Part shown: positions 12,865 through 26,800 of the stretch, piece by piece | Numbering within the stretch: position 1 is the stretch's first letter | How the letters are laid out: each line of letters begins with the position of its first letter | Assembly (NCBI RefSeq): GCF_964194025.1 | Contig: NW_027449974.1 | Location: 1-64,000, forward strand | Source of the DNA: Convolutriloba macropyga | Taxonomy: Eukaryota | Reading direction: 5' to 3' | DNA length: 64,000 nucleotides | Position numbers and translations under genes: made by a program | The notes under the pieces: generated by a model | The model's database searches: none | The model's input: the letters and a program-made list of their open reading frames with translations, nothing else | What the model was told of the DNA's origin: nothing

Positions 12865-13053
12865 TTATAATTACCCCAAAAGAAGAAAACAGGAAATGGA
12901 GGGGAAAATGTCCGGATAATAATTTGGCTTAAACTGTGAGGGAGCTGTCCCTGCATGTAAAAGGTTGGGTTGTACTATCCAATCTCAGGAGAACCCTATC
13001 TCTTACGTGGGAGGACCCCACCCCCGATGTTCCAGTCTGTATATGTTACTACT
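12865..13053 (-). repeat. Right terminal inverted repeat of the Maverick
   Basis: Inverted copy of 1912-2145 ending in ACTACT. Confidence 0.9.
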
Positions 13054-13262
13054 CTTATTTTCTTGACTTTAATACACTTCCATTCCTGTGGATTGATAAC
13101 CCACCCTCCCTTTCTTAGCGCGCTTTTAGTTTACTGCAGAAACAGAAATAATTTTTAGTCTTAGCACTGTATTAGTCTATGCGCATTTCGCATTGCTGTT
13201 TGTTGGAATTTTTTGCTGAATATTAACACACTAAACGCGGCAATGTGCCAAACAAGAATAAT

Positions 13263-13445
13263 ATCTGATCAGATAACTTTGTGCGCTCGAGCGATCAGAT
13301 AACTTTGTGCGATCAGATCATTCACTAGATCCCAGCTCTGATCAGCTTCATGTGCGCTCGGCTCCGCCTCTTACCAGACCATCCTGCGAAGTCGCCAACA
13401 ACCTGTAACTTTGCAGAACTCGAAGTTGTGCGCTCGAGCGATTCT
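13263..13445. repeat. Cluster of GATCAGA...GTGCGCTCGA short repeats (subterminal-repeat relic)
   Basis: Same motif pair as the arrays inside the 40886-41799 element. Confidence 0.6.
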
Positions 13446-14734
13446 AGTGATAAGTCCATTCGGTCCGGCGCCTCGACGTGGGTAACCAGGATTTAACTTT
13501 CGTCACAGCTGACACAAAATATTTGCAAAGTTCTCAATTAATGTGAATGTTTACGGTGAGATCTCAATTATACCAAAACGTCCGAATGTGTTGGTTTGTG
13601 AGGACGGACGAACAGAAATAGTGGTAGATACGGTTATTTAAGGTCAACGTATCCATAAGTTACTGTGACATTAAAAGTTTTAACTGGTTTGTACCTTCCC
13701 ACGTCGAAGTTTAACTTTGTCATCGCCTGGTATATGAGGCAGACCCCTTTTTGAACAAACAGAGGCGGTATGATGCGTTCAAACATACACTTCTTCATAA
13801 GTCATTTTGAACGAGGACATCGACATGGGTTCCCAGCTTTGGGTTGCAATTATTTTCATCAATAAATTTTTGTAACATCCATCGAAATTTTAAATTCATT
13901 TGCATATTAGCGAATTTTAATAACTGATCAAAAACCAATCAAAAGATCCTTGTAAATACAAAAAACAAAACCCCGTCAATTTTTCGTGGTAATTTCATAA
14001 CAGCCCAAGATTTAACCGATGAATCAATTATTGTAAAAACAATGTGATCAAATTAATAGACTGAAAAAAGAGCTCTACAAACACTACATTCATTGTGAAA
14101 GCTATGTTCCTACTATCCTGGTGCAGTATTGTTCTGACATTATAATTTGGATCGCCTGGTCAAGTTATAACAAACATCACAACATCTCTAACTCAATATA
14201 ACTTCATTTTGAAATGCAATTCCCGCAATTGTAATTTTGTTATTTGTAAAATTTCCAGTGGATTTTTCAATTCATGTTAATTTAATTGTCACTTACAAAT
14301 CAGTTTCTGTAAGTTTCTTTTGTCTTGGCTGAGATTTAATTGTAACTCACGCAGAGCAGAACAAAAGGGGTGATTTTTGTCAGCTTGACAAAAATTTGAT
14401 CGAGATGTATTGACGGAATGCGTAGTTTGAACAAATGTACAATTTTTCATAACAAGTTATGATCAAAACGCGATCAAAGCTAGCGTAGAAGAAATTAAAT
14501 AAGTCATAAATTTTGTGCTTTAAGCGAAAAGCTACAACATAATGCAATGAACGCTATGAGAAAAAAATGACTTTGTGAAAATATTCGCTGAGTTTACTAT
14601 AAGCATTAGCTTCATTAGTTCAATAAAAATCATTTGGCACATAGATGAACTTATTCTTACAACTAACATTATATCTTTTTAAAGAAAAGCAAGATATTTA
14701 TTTGAAGTGACAGAATTTTTTCACAGATTGAGTA

Positions 14735-14810
14735 ATGTTTAACAACGCACCTGGACTTAGTGGATCGGAAAGATGGGTGACTAATTACAAAAATGACTAC
14801 CCCTATAACG
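14735..14810 (+). CDS. GST-like gene, putative coding exon 1 ([25 protein letters not shown])
   Basis: Acceptor TTTTTTCACAG at 14726, in-frame TGA just before the ATG, donor G|GTAAGA in phase 1. Confidence 0.55.
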
Positions 14811-17800
14811 GTAAGAAGAACAGAGCAATTTTAACCCAAATTCTGATCACATTTTGAATTTCAAAATTTGAGAATAGTAAATTTCGAGGATAATGGTCCT
14901 AAAAATTTAAAAAGTATGGATGACCGTGTTGATGATAAAAATCAGGATGCCCAACATATATGTTTCTTGTCAAGGGCATCTAGGACGAGCCAGGCGTCGA
15001 TGGAAAATTACAACCACAAAACTGAAAACACAAGTTTCAGTTAGCTGAAAAATATGTGAAAGAGTTTGCAATGGCACGTCTCCATGGACTTACGAATTGC
15101 TATTGATTTTTTTTCAAGGAAACTAATTCCCAAAGCTCCATTGGCAATGGAACTGAGTCGAAAATAACTTATTTCCACGGCCTGTTTTCCGCAGCAACAA
15201 TCTTCATTAGCCTAAATATCCACTTATAGAAACTGTTTCTAATTACTTCAGACCTGATTTAGATACCACAGAATTTTGGAGCCATGATGTATTTGTTAAA
15301 AACTTATTTTACATATATTACTCCATGATTCCTCAATTAGTAGGTTTTAGTTCTGATATTTATTTCACTCTGGCCCTTAGTCCTGAAATCAATTTTATTT
15401 TGTTCACAAAAATAATTAACCCCTAATAGCCAAGATAGCTGATAGCAAAGGTTTAGATTTTTTTGCATAGTTGTACCAATGTTGCTAAGATGAACATCAT
15501 GGATATGCCTACCAAGAAACCATAAAAACTCCGTAAATTTGAGTTTCAAGACTTCCTGCGCGTGTAAAACTTTTCATTAAATTCAGTGCATCCTATGCAG
15601 CCAGTCAAACAGTGTTGGTTGTTTTCAGATAGGTTTATTTTTTACAATCTATGGTCACCCATGGCACCATGGACGTCTATGTTCTTGGATATGGTTGCCA
15701 GGAAACCATAGATTTGATTTTTTCAAAAGGCATTTGAACACTTTTTGGTATATGCAACTGTCAAATTGGTAATTTAGTGCATTCTGAGCCCTGTTTCGAA
15801 TATATGTAAGGTCAGGTGTATGGTTGCCAATCTTTGTAAGACGCCTTATATGGCCTGGATATGATTGCCAAGAATTATCTATGGTGTTCAACCCGGCAAG
15901 TGAAGTTCGCCGTTTTTCCACGTTATAAAGTTTGCGATGAGTGCTCTTTCTTTCTATATCTTTCAATTGCAAGTGACACAAACCTTGAATTCAGTTAAAT
16001 CAATTCCCTAAAAAAGCTGCCTAAATTTTTCAATTTTTTGTATCTATTATCCTATATGGGCCTCAGAGATTTCAAAGTGAAGAAAGCGATTCAAATTCAA
16101 AGTAGTGGCAAAATATTCAAAACATTTGAATGAAAAACATAAGCCAAGAAACTGAAAAAGAACTATTTGCAAAGTTATTATGAAGTAACTTTCGTACGGT
16201 GCTCGTCTCCAACAACGGCCTGCAATGAAATGAATCATAGCAATGGAAGCTGGTATGATTCTTCTCATTGCAAACAATCTTCTCACATATTTATCTCATA
16301 GTAGATAATAATTCGCGTGTATTGATATATGTTTTTCATTTGCATTTTTCCCCAACAGATTGTAAAAAAACCAACCTTTTTAAATTAGTAAAACAAGAAA
16401 AAGAAAGAAAACGCACGATATGCGTTTTCAGAAATAACAAATGCTCAAGACGGAGAACATTGAAACGACGGTCTATTCTTCTTAGTATATTACATTTTAA
16501 ATTATTCCGTCATAGCAGGTGTTGAAGTGCCCTTTATATTTTCTCAGCGTCCTTCTTTCCCACTTTGAAGACATTTCTCACAATATTTTTATAGTGTTGT
16601 TGCCTAACAAAGAGGGAAAACAAAAACAGAATGAACAGAAAGAACTGAGTATCTTCTATAAAAATCTGAAGATTTATTGACCAAGATATCAGCTTTCAAA
16701 ATTTTGGACTATGAAATTATCAGAGGTAATTAGTAGTACCACTCAATTGCTTACTGATTGAGAAAAAACTTTTTAATTTTATACCAAGAGGGTCTAAGAA
16801 TATAAATAATTTTGCTCTGAAATTGAAAACTAAAGACTATCAACAACAAAACTGACAAGGAAACAAGAATTTAAAGGGAATAAGTTTGCTTTGCGACATT
16901 TTTGTGTTGATAAATACTCAATTCAATTTGTCGACGAAAAAATTTCTTGCTTCCTTTTTTAATCAAACTTTTCTATATTTTTGAAACAAAGATTTCCATA
17001 TTTTTGAAACTCAGCTATTGGATATGTTTATGTTTAGAGGCACAGCAATTCAGATGATATATATCGTCTTCCTCTGTAGCAGGAAACCTTCCATAAAAAT
17101 TTCTTGTGTTTTTTTTACCTCAGTTATTTATGATCTCACTCGTCAATTGACTCTGAAAGAGCTATATCGTCAAATTACTTTCTAGTAAATTTAGACCTAT
17201 TGCAAAAATGTCTTTCATTTGCCTAAAAGCGCACAAAACTTTTAGGAGAATATTAACGTAAAAACTTAAAGCATAGCCAAACTCTGTTATAATAAACCAA
17301 ATAGCAGCGCTCAATGTTAGAGGATTAGAAAAAGTGGAAAAAAAATCTGCGCGAATAACAAATTTTAACAGAACAATCAAATTTGTATAAAAAATTTCAG
17401 CCTTCTCTATAAGATACACTATGCGTTTCAAAGCGGGGTATAAAAACACTACTTAAATTTAAGAAAAGAAATACTTATATAATTCTAAACTGATTGGCGA
17501 ACGTAAAAATTCACACAAAGTAGATAAGAAAGGAATTTGCAAAAATGGTATATGTTGCAATAGAAATTTTCTACGTGGACAGCATTTGAAATAATACCGC
17601 GCAGTCAATATAATTTGTAATATAGGGTAACAGAGAAAAGTACTCTAATATCGCCAATTTTTTTATAATTTAACGAATTCACAAGTGCGCAGCGTTCAGC
17701 AGTAAAAAAGTGTTCAAAAAGTCAAGAAATTCCCGTTTTTAAAAAGCGTCATGAGTGTAAAGAAATTGGAGGTCAGTTTGCAGTTTGAAACAGGGCCTAT

Positions 17801-20800
17801 TGCCCGAAAATGGTTAATATTTGTCGATGCACTAAGAAGTATCTGACACAAAGAAAAGAGCAAAAAATTAAAAACAATTTCACTTCGATTTTCAACCTAT
17901 TTTTTTTCTGACAAATTTTATCGAGTAAGCAGAAGAAAAAGAGGACACTTCCATAGAATTTTGTTGGAGTAAATTTCTAGAGGCAAAGAGCCTCTAAGCG
18001 ATCCAACATACATTAGTGTGGGATGGCATAAAATTTCAATAGGCCAGTTCGCTTATTATAAGCATTTCACTAATTATGAATTAAGACAACATTGACAGTG
18101 CACTAACAGAATAGAAAAAAGTGTTTTTAACTTTTCGTTACTCATTCCATTCATTGAAAACTTTTAAACAGTTCTTGCGAAGCGTTATAGTTTCAATTGA
18201 CAGCTTTCGAAAATATGATTTTTTAATTAACCCTTGTTTTGTTATTCCGTTTTCTGCGAAGTTTTTTTTGATACTATAGGTATGTTAAATCCGCGTTGCG
18301 CTCATAAAAAAATCTGCTTACATACAATTTGAGAAATAATGTTGGGAGCTTTTTGCGTCGAAATGTTTTATCACACATATCACAGAAAAATTAACAAAAT
18401 TTAAAAAATTTTGCAGGAATGTAACTAACTTTTGGTTTCATTATTGCTATCGGAAGAGGTAATCAGTGGCAGATTGTGTGAAAATTAGGATACTGAGTTG
18501 AAATAAATTGCCTCTCAGTAAAAAACAGCTTCTCATGGTAGAAGTGATAAGTATCTTTTAGGCCTTCAAAACCAATATATATAGTTCTCTTTTTTTCCTG
18601 AAAAAATTGAATAAAATTATGTAAAAATTTCTTAAAGTTACGAAAGTCAAAAAGGATTTAGAAACTAACTGGCTCCTTTTTACCTAAAAATAATGAGCAT
18701 TGATTTTGTTACGGGCATTTATATTTAACGAAACGATTGCAAGATCCCGTTCTGCAATCTGTCAGCTAATTGTACGATAAAACATTTTGCAAGGACGAAA
18801 TTAAGAAAAACCCACATTTTTGACTATTTGGCCGTCAGCATTTTTAGCCATATCTATTGTTCTCATTATGTCAATTTACTGTACTGCAGCTAATGAGTTC
18901 ACCGAAATAGCAAAACGTGGGAAATCACAATGTAGCAGTTTTTGAAATATCTGGGATAGAATAGAAAAGAATAATAACATGTTCATTCCAGGGAAAAAGT
19001 GGAAAGTTTACGAGTCATTATCTCATCAATAGCTTTTCCGTTGAAATCATAACAAAAACTGATTATAGTGACAACTCTTTGGAACTATTCAACGCTTCAA
19101 AGGAGATAATTTATCAATCATTTTATGGAAGAAAAGAAGAGTTTCACTCCTTTTTCTGAATTTTATGTAATTAGTATGTCCGTTTTCTTTTTCAAAAATG
19201 TTGCATAAATTCTAGAGGCAAAGAGCTTCTAAACAACCCAACATATACTAGTTCGAGGTTCTGCAAGAAGTTAGAAATAGTCTGAAAAAATTCATCGGGG
19301 ACAAATTTCTGATAATCCAATTCACAATTTATGAAATTGCATAAATTTCAGTGTTTTAATGTCAGTGCACAATCAAAGACGTTTGACTGTGCAAAAACAA
19401 AAAGAGAAAGATCCATGTTTTCAAATTTTCTTGACTTATTTCATTCATTCTTACAAACTTTCAAATATTTTTTCGAAGCGCTGTTTTTTCAATTGTCAGC
19501 TAGTAGAACAACATAGTAGAAGTGATCAGTATCTTTTAGGCCTTCAAAACTAAAATTTATGGTGCTGTTATTCATCCTGGAAACTTTGAATAATATGGAT
19601 TGATTTCTTAAATTTAGGAAATTCGAAGACGATGTAGACAATTAGTGGGCTCTTTTTTTACTCAAAAAGTATCAGCATTGATGTTTTAAGTGCATTCAGA
19701 TTTAGTCAATTGATTAGAAGATTCGGTTCTGCAATGTCAGTTAAATTTACTGTATAAACCCTTACTTTTCACATTTTTGTTTAAAATATCTGGAAAGGAA
19801 TAGAGAAGAGAACTTCTGCGTTCATTTCAGAGAAAAATTGGAAATTGTACAAGTTTATATCTCAATAATAGTCTATTTCAGTTGAAATTATAACTAAAAC
19901 TGATCGTAGTAACAACTCTTTTGTGCCATTCAGTGCCTCAAAAGAGATAAAATACCATGGATTTTGTAGAAAAATCACTGTATGTCCAACTAACCACTGT
20001 ACTATTGCATTATGGTGTACTAATTTATGGTTGCGCAAACACAACAGAGCTTAATCATCCTAAAGGATCACAAAACCACATAATCAGGCCAATTTTTGGA
20101 CTAAATAATTTTTATATTGTCTGCCAGATCAAAGAGAAATATACATTACTGACACCTATGGAATTGTATGTGTACAAATTGTTAAATTTGATGAGTAAGC
20201 GTTTGAGACCAAGTTTTGACTGGGGCTTCGGATAACAAACCTTCAGCGATGAAGAACTCCACGATATTCATTCTGATGATAAAATACAAAAAACCGTTAA
20301 GACCTTGAGGTTGACAACATGTCAACGAGAAATTCTCTCGTCTACCGAACAAGAAAATTTTTTAATAGTTTGCTTAATCTAGACAAAAACCTTTTAAGAG
20401 ATTTTTTGTTGTAAGCGACTCTATTCTAGCAAATTATGAATTTTTGTAAATAGCATGTGAATTTTCTTTAAGTAAAAATAATGCATAACGGAAATCTTTT
20501 TTCTCCGAACACAAAATGTAATCATCTTGTGTAAGAAAATCGTCAATTCTAGCGCCTTACTTTCAATTTATCGATCTTAGGTTTCATTCTCAAAAATTGA
20601 AATAGTCCGAAAGTGATCATTCTTGCTCAAGTCTTTCCCCGAATGACTCGCAAATTTTAAAAGCGACATGGCAAGAGCATTGATACAGCTCTGATCCATA
20701 CCTAAAATTAGACTCTATTAATTTAATCAGCGCTATATTCTGGCCAGTCCTTCCGGGCCATACTACATTTATGTCTACGTTTATGTCCCCAAAGCGTGCC

Positions 20801-23800
20801 ATGTTTTGTTGCAGATGTGCGTTTTGTGTCGCCTCGGTATCAACATCGGCCGAAAGAGGGCCAAGTGACACCCTCTCCCAAACATACAGGCAGAAGACAC
20901 TTTCCCAATAGTCAAGTCGCAAACACTTCTCTCAATTTCTCCACAGGTCTGTTCATATTTGGAAAACTTAACGACGTCAGTCTGTGACGTAAGCATTCAG
21001 TCTTTAACGTATATTAGCAAGTTTTTGCTGAATATGAGTTTTCGTATTCTGACAGACACTGGCAGACTTTTTTTCAGCGGAAATCTGACATAATTGTTCA
21101 TCCAATTTGTGGAAAACAACTGACATTATGTAAGAATTGTGATCACAATCCAGCACATTAAGCGGGTATTTACTTAAAAACATATCCGCTGAGATAAATC
21201 TGTATGTTATCTAATTTTCAGATAAAGCCACGACATGGATTGAGGTTACACTTATCTTTTATTTGTTTTTGTTCGTTTTTTTGGAATCAACCGGCTTTTG
21301 ATAAACTATTCTCAATTTAGAGGGAATGGTTGAATTAAATTCCCTAACAGTTACTCTGAACTTCATTTTTTTTCATAATAACAGGTGAGCAAATCCCAGC
21401 AGGTGTTAGTTTGAGTTCAGTACATCAAACTGATTCCCAAGTTGACAGCCAATCAGGATACGGCAGTGGAATCAATTCCCACTTCGCATCTCCTCTGACG
21501 TCACCACGGAAAATGTCCAGGCTAACAGCTCTAGTGCAGCCACCATGGGGAGTGCAGTTCAGAAATGTTAGATTTTTTTCATGTTTTCTCGAACGTTTAA
21601 TCAAAAAGTTTTTCATGTTGTTTCTCATTTAGTGAACTTGCTTAATGTTGAACTAAACCCAAACTGCAGGGTTTACCCTCTCGTGGCTTTAGTACTAATT
21701 CGCAACTTTGTTTAATTTTAACTTCGCGAATTTTGTGTTCGCGAAATAAATTTTGCTTTTAAGAATAAATTTTGTTTTTTTTTCTGCAGAATAAAATGAA
21801 ACCGCGTCCGGACAAAACAGTCCCAGACAAAACAGTTACAAATTGCAAAATATTGCCCGATGATACAGTCCTGGACAATATTTTGTTATTCGGGACTTTG
21901 TCCGGGACTGTTTTGTCTGGGACTGTTTTGTTTCTTGACGTAATCCAAAGTACCTAATGTCATAATATCCAATTTATTCCCTTTTATCATTTTGTTTAAT
22001 CATGAGATTACAAAACAATTGTAGGTAATACAAGACTGATTTATCATACCTCAGCTGATAACTTGGTTGTGGTAGTTAGAGTGCAGCCTCACGGGCTGCT
22101 GAGCTATGGCCACGGTCCGGCAGGAACGGCAAAATGACCTAGTCTTACATTGAAATATTGGTATTTATATTTTATTACATTATGAATTACGTCAATTCAA
22201 TAGGCAATATTTTGCTAAGTTGTTTTTTTATAAATTCACAAAAGGCTACGATATTGGAAACATTTTGGGTGTATAGGTACTGGGTATTTTTGTCTTGACA
22301 CCGTATATACTTTAGTCACCTATACACATCTTTAAATTACTTGTAAACTCTTGTTTTAGTCATCAGTCAAAAAGTGTTCATCTAGATCTTAGCGAGCATT
22401 TTATTTATCAGTGCCAATTTTTGTTTTTCCCTTGCTCAAAATTAAAACTGCAATAACAATTGATTAAAACGGTTCTGATTTTGTGCCCCGGAAAAACAAT
22501 GATGATATTTGTACTTTGGTTGTGGTATTTGGTTGTGGTAGTTATAAGGCAGCCTCATGGGTTGTTGAGCTAAGGCCGTGGTCCGCCATGAACAGCAAAA
22601 TGACCTAGTCTTACATTGAAATATTGGTGATAATACTTTATTACATTATAAATTATGAAACTTCAATCGGCAATTTTTTGCTCAATTGTTTTCATATAAA
22701 ATCACAAAAGGCTACGATATTGGAAACATTTTGGGTGTATAGGTAGTGGGTATTTTTGTCTTGACACCGTATAAATTTTACTCACTTATACATATCTAAA
22801 AGTTTTTGACAGTTATTTTGTATTAGTTATCCGTCAAAAAGTGTCCCTCTAGTTCCTAGCGAGCAATTTATCAACCAGTGCCAATTTTCGTATTTTTCCT
22901 CGCTCAACATTAAAATAGATTAGAATGATTCTATCTTTGTGCCCGGAAAATCAATTATGATATTTGTACTTTGGTTGTGGTAGTTATAGTGCAGCCTCAC
23001 GGGTTGTTGAGCTAAGGCCATTGTCCACCATGAAAGGCAAAATGACCTAGAATTACATTGAAATATTGTTAATTATATTTTATTACATTATAAATTACGT
23101 CAATTCAATAGGCAATATTTTGCTAATATGATTTCTTATAAATTCACAAAAGGCTACCATTATGGAAACATTTTGGGTATATACGCTTTGGGTATTTTGT
23201 CTTGACACCCTATAAACTTTATTCATTTATGCCTATCTGTAAGTTACTTGACAGTTAGCTTGTTTAGTCATCAGTCAAAAAGTGTTCTTCTAGCTATTAG
23301 CGAGCATTTTGTTTAGCAGAGCCAATTTTTGTTTTTTTTTCCCTCGCTCAACATTAAAACTGAAATAACAATTGATTAAAACGGTTCTGATTTTGTGCCC
23401 TGGAAAAACAATTATGGTACTTGTACTTTGGTTGTGGTATTTGGTTGTGGTAGTTATAAGGCAGCCTCACGGGTTGTTGAGCTAAGGCCGTGGTCCGCCC
23501 TGAACAGCAAAGTGACCTACTCTTACATTGAAATATTGGTGATAATACTTTATTTCATTATAAATTATGACACTTCAATTGGCAATTTTTTGCTCAATTG
23601 TTTTCATATGAATTCACAAAAGGCTACAATATTGGAAGCATTTTGGTTATATAGGTAGTGGGTATTTTTGTCTTGACGCCGTATAAACTTTAGTCACCTA
23701 TACACATCTTTAAATTTCTTGTAAATTCTTGTTTTAGTCATCAGTCAAAAAGTGTTCTTCTAGATCTTAGCGAGCATTTTATTTATCAGTGCCAATTTTT

Positions 23801-26800
23801 GTTTTTCCCTTGCTCAAAATTAAAACTGAAGTAACACTTGATTAGATTGGTTCTAATTTTGTGCCCCGAAAAAACAATTATGCTTAAAAAGATTTGGAAA
23901 GCCAATGAGAGATGACGCAGTAAAGCAAAGCCTTACTGAATTCCGAGTCAAGTCAACGAGTATACAACTGATATTAATCGTGCAGTGTAAATATTTACAA
24001 ATTACATATTTTTGACACTCAACAAAAAAATTAAATAAATCGAAATTTTTTCGGAAATTTTAAAGAAGAACGCGTGAAGTTCATACGTTTTTATACGTCA
24101 AACCGACAACAGAAAGTCGATATCATTTCCCCAAATTCAATGTCAACCTATACATATTGTTAGTCCATTCCCATATGATGTCTGCTGAGTAGGTATAATG
24201 ACTCAATACCGGGGCTTTTAAGACGCTCTCAATAGATTTTGTGGAATAGAATTTCTAATTGCATAAATTGTTTCTATTCTTTCGGCCATTTTTCGTAGGA
24301 TATAAATTAACCTTTAAACCTTAAAAGCTGTCTATGTGAACCCATAAATATTTTTAAATAGTTATCTGTTCATTGAAGTCCTTTTTTGATCTTACCGAAT
24401 TTAAAGCTATCCATTATATAAGAGCTAAACTACCCATAACATTCTGTTTGAATTATTAAAAAGTAAAAGTAAAACAAATCGATTATACAGGGTCACTCTA
24501 TCGTGGGAAAAGGAAACAACAAATCCTCTTGTGTTTCTTTCGGTAGGTAGTTCCGATCACAATGTACCAGAGCAGTAGTCGCCCATCGTGTGCAGCAGTG
24601 GGCATGCTGGCAAGACTACTGGGACTGAGGATGAACTACGTAGAGGTCAACACCATCGCTGTAGGTCACACTTTAACCTCTGCTCAGGAAATTCTCGAAC
24701 CACTTTAACTCTTAATCGGATCTAGCAGCTTAGTGGCTTCAAAATTTTCTCAACACACAGGCGCAAACAGGGAGTGTCTAATTGAAGCAAGGCCTAATTT
24801 CGTTCAATATGGCCTGGAAAATTGCCGTAATGAAGCGATTACAATGAGCCTGGTCAAATTTACAAATTTGGGTGGTCATGAAACCAGCTGTCGTGTGTTT
24901 TGCTGCGAAAATTTTTACGAATTTCTCTCTTTACATGACCAATTTTTCAGGGCGAGTAATTTTTGATAAAAATGAAGTTTTTTTTACCGAAATTAGTTCT
25001 TGTTCAAAATGAGATTTGTATCCCAAGGATGAAATTATGCCCGCGTTTTGAACTCTTTTTTGATCACCATTTCAACTCCAATTCGAGCGTTATGTTTCAT
25101 TTACGAGAGACAGAACAGATAATAGTGAAACATTGCGCGGTGGATCTAGAAGAGGCTGCTGAAAATCTTGAATAGACTCTTTCCTCAATATTTCATCACT
25201 TCGCATTTTTTTCAGCGTTATATCAACAGTTTCTATCACTTTTTCTAGTACTAATGGATGCCTAAGTGTTCATTTAACTCGGTTACAGACCGTGCAACGT
25301 TTTTACGTAGCTCCAAAAAAAAATAATTGGTCCAATTGAATTAGTGTTCAAATTTTACCAAGAACGTTTTGTAATAGCGCTGAAGCAAATGCGAGGATTG
25401 TTTTTAATCAGTGCTGAAAAAATTGTTAGAAGAGTTGAAAAGTTCTGAATAACTTACGGTAAATGCACTGCTATTGCGATAAAAAAAATAACTGCGATAA
25501 AAAAAATGCTGAAAGTACTGAATAAGAATTGACAAAATTGGGAAAAGCAGAAAATAATTTAGGCTCTGAGTTTAAGGCATCTAAAAAGATGTTATAAAAA
25601 CACCTTTGGCGCAAAAGAGGAAGAGACAGTCACGACACCACCATAGTGATGAGTGCATTTAAAACTTGCAAGAATCTTGCAAGCTGATTCAAAACTTTGC
25701 AATAGTCTTGCAAGAATCCTGCAAGATGTCAGTCCGGGCAGAAAATAAATCAGGGCACTATTGTTTTAGAAAGCACCTTTGAAGCAAATTTTTGTTCAAT
25801 AAACAAATTACAAAGGTGAAACCCATGGAAAAATGTTTAGTCCTGATTCAAAATCTTGCAGAACTCTTGCAAGTTTTTCAATTCTGGAAAATTTTTCTGA
25901 GTATTTTTGGAAGCCAAAACTAACTGAAAACCAAACGAATTGCTTTTTACAAAAATTTGGAATATCATAACTGATTCTAATTGATTTTTTTCTGAAGTAC
26001 TTCTCGAATGTGGAGTCTGTTTTAAAAGAATTCTAGTTTCCAACAAACAACTAGAAACATCTTAAACCACACCAAATTATCTGTTTTAAATGCAGTTGAT
26101 CAAATAAACGACGAAAACAACCACTTTTAAATTTTTTCTTTGATTTTTTTAATCAAAAGAATTGTTTATAGAGAAATCATTAGTCGGAATTTTTTTATTT
26201 CTGATATTATCGGTATTTGAGGTTGCTTTTGCAGTCGTAAAATTTATTCTGATCAAGGTTTGGTCTAATTGTCTTCTTATTGAGTTGCCAGTGAACCAAT
26301 TTGATGCCTTCATTTGATAGCTATTTGTGTTAATGGCCTTGAAGTTGTTTCAATCAAAAATTATTTTGCAAGTGAATAAAAAAAACTACCAGTACCAAGC
26401 AAAAATCTTGGTACTGGTATGCATTCACTGGCAAAATTGCATTGCAAGATTCCTGCACGTTTTTTGATTCCTCGATCACTAGGGTAGAGCCCGGTCGAAG
26501 ATCTAAAAAGGTTACTGAAAAATTCTCGGGATTTGCTAAATTAGCGTTTACAAATTAGTGAGATTGTTAAACTGAGATCGAAAACTTTACCAGAAGAACT
26601 GAATTAATAAAAAAAACAGAAAATTAAGCGCAAAGTTTCAGGAAAAATCGCGTATAAAGTTAGTGATTAAGTGGAAAGATTTCGCTTTTCAACGCTACTT
26701 ATGAGTTTTTCCACGCAAAAATTCAGAAAAACTTTCTGCCCCGGCAGAAAACCTTTTCAAAATAACACAAATTGAGGATGCCAGCTTTTTTGAATTTTCC

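Larger units (their letters stand above)
1912..13053. mobile_element. Maverick/Polinton (endogenous polintovirus-like element), decayed and internally deleted, non-autonomous
   Basis: Begins AGTAGTAACATTTACAGACTGGAACAT at 1912 and ends ATGTTCCAGTCTGTATATGTTACTACT at 13053 (inverted). Flanked by CTTATC (1906-1911) and CTTATT (13054-13059), a 6-bp TSD with one mismatch. Contains pPolB and ATPase remnants. Confidence 0.92.

Noticed and set aside
21222-21244. 23-nt micro-exon in the GST gene
   Set aside because: Including it breaks phase with exon 3.
22061-23882. CRISPR-like or coding repeat array
   Set aside because: Units are ~455 bp and similar along their whole length, with no unique spacers; the ORF in unit 4 is broken in the other units.
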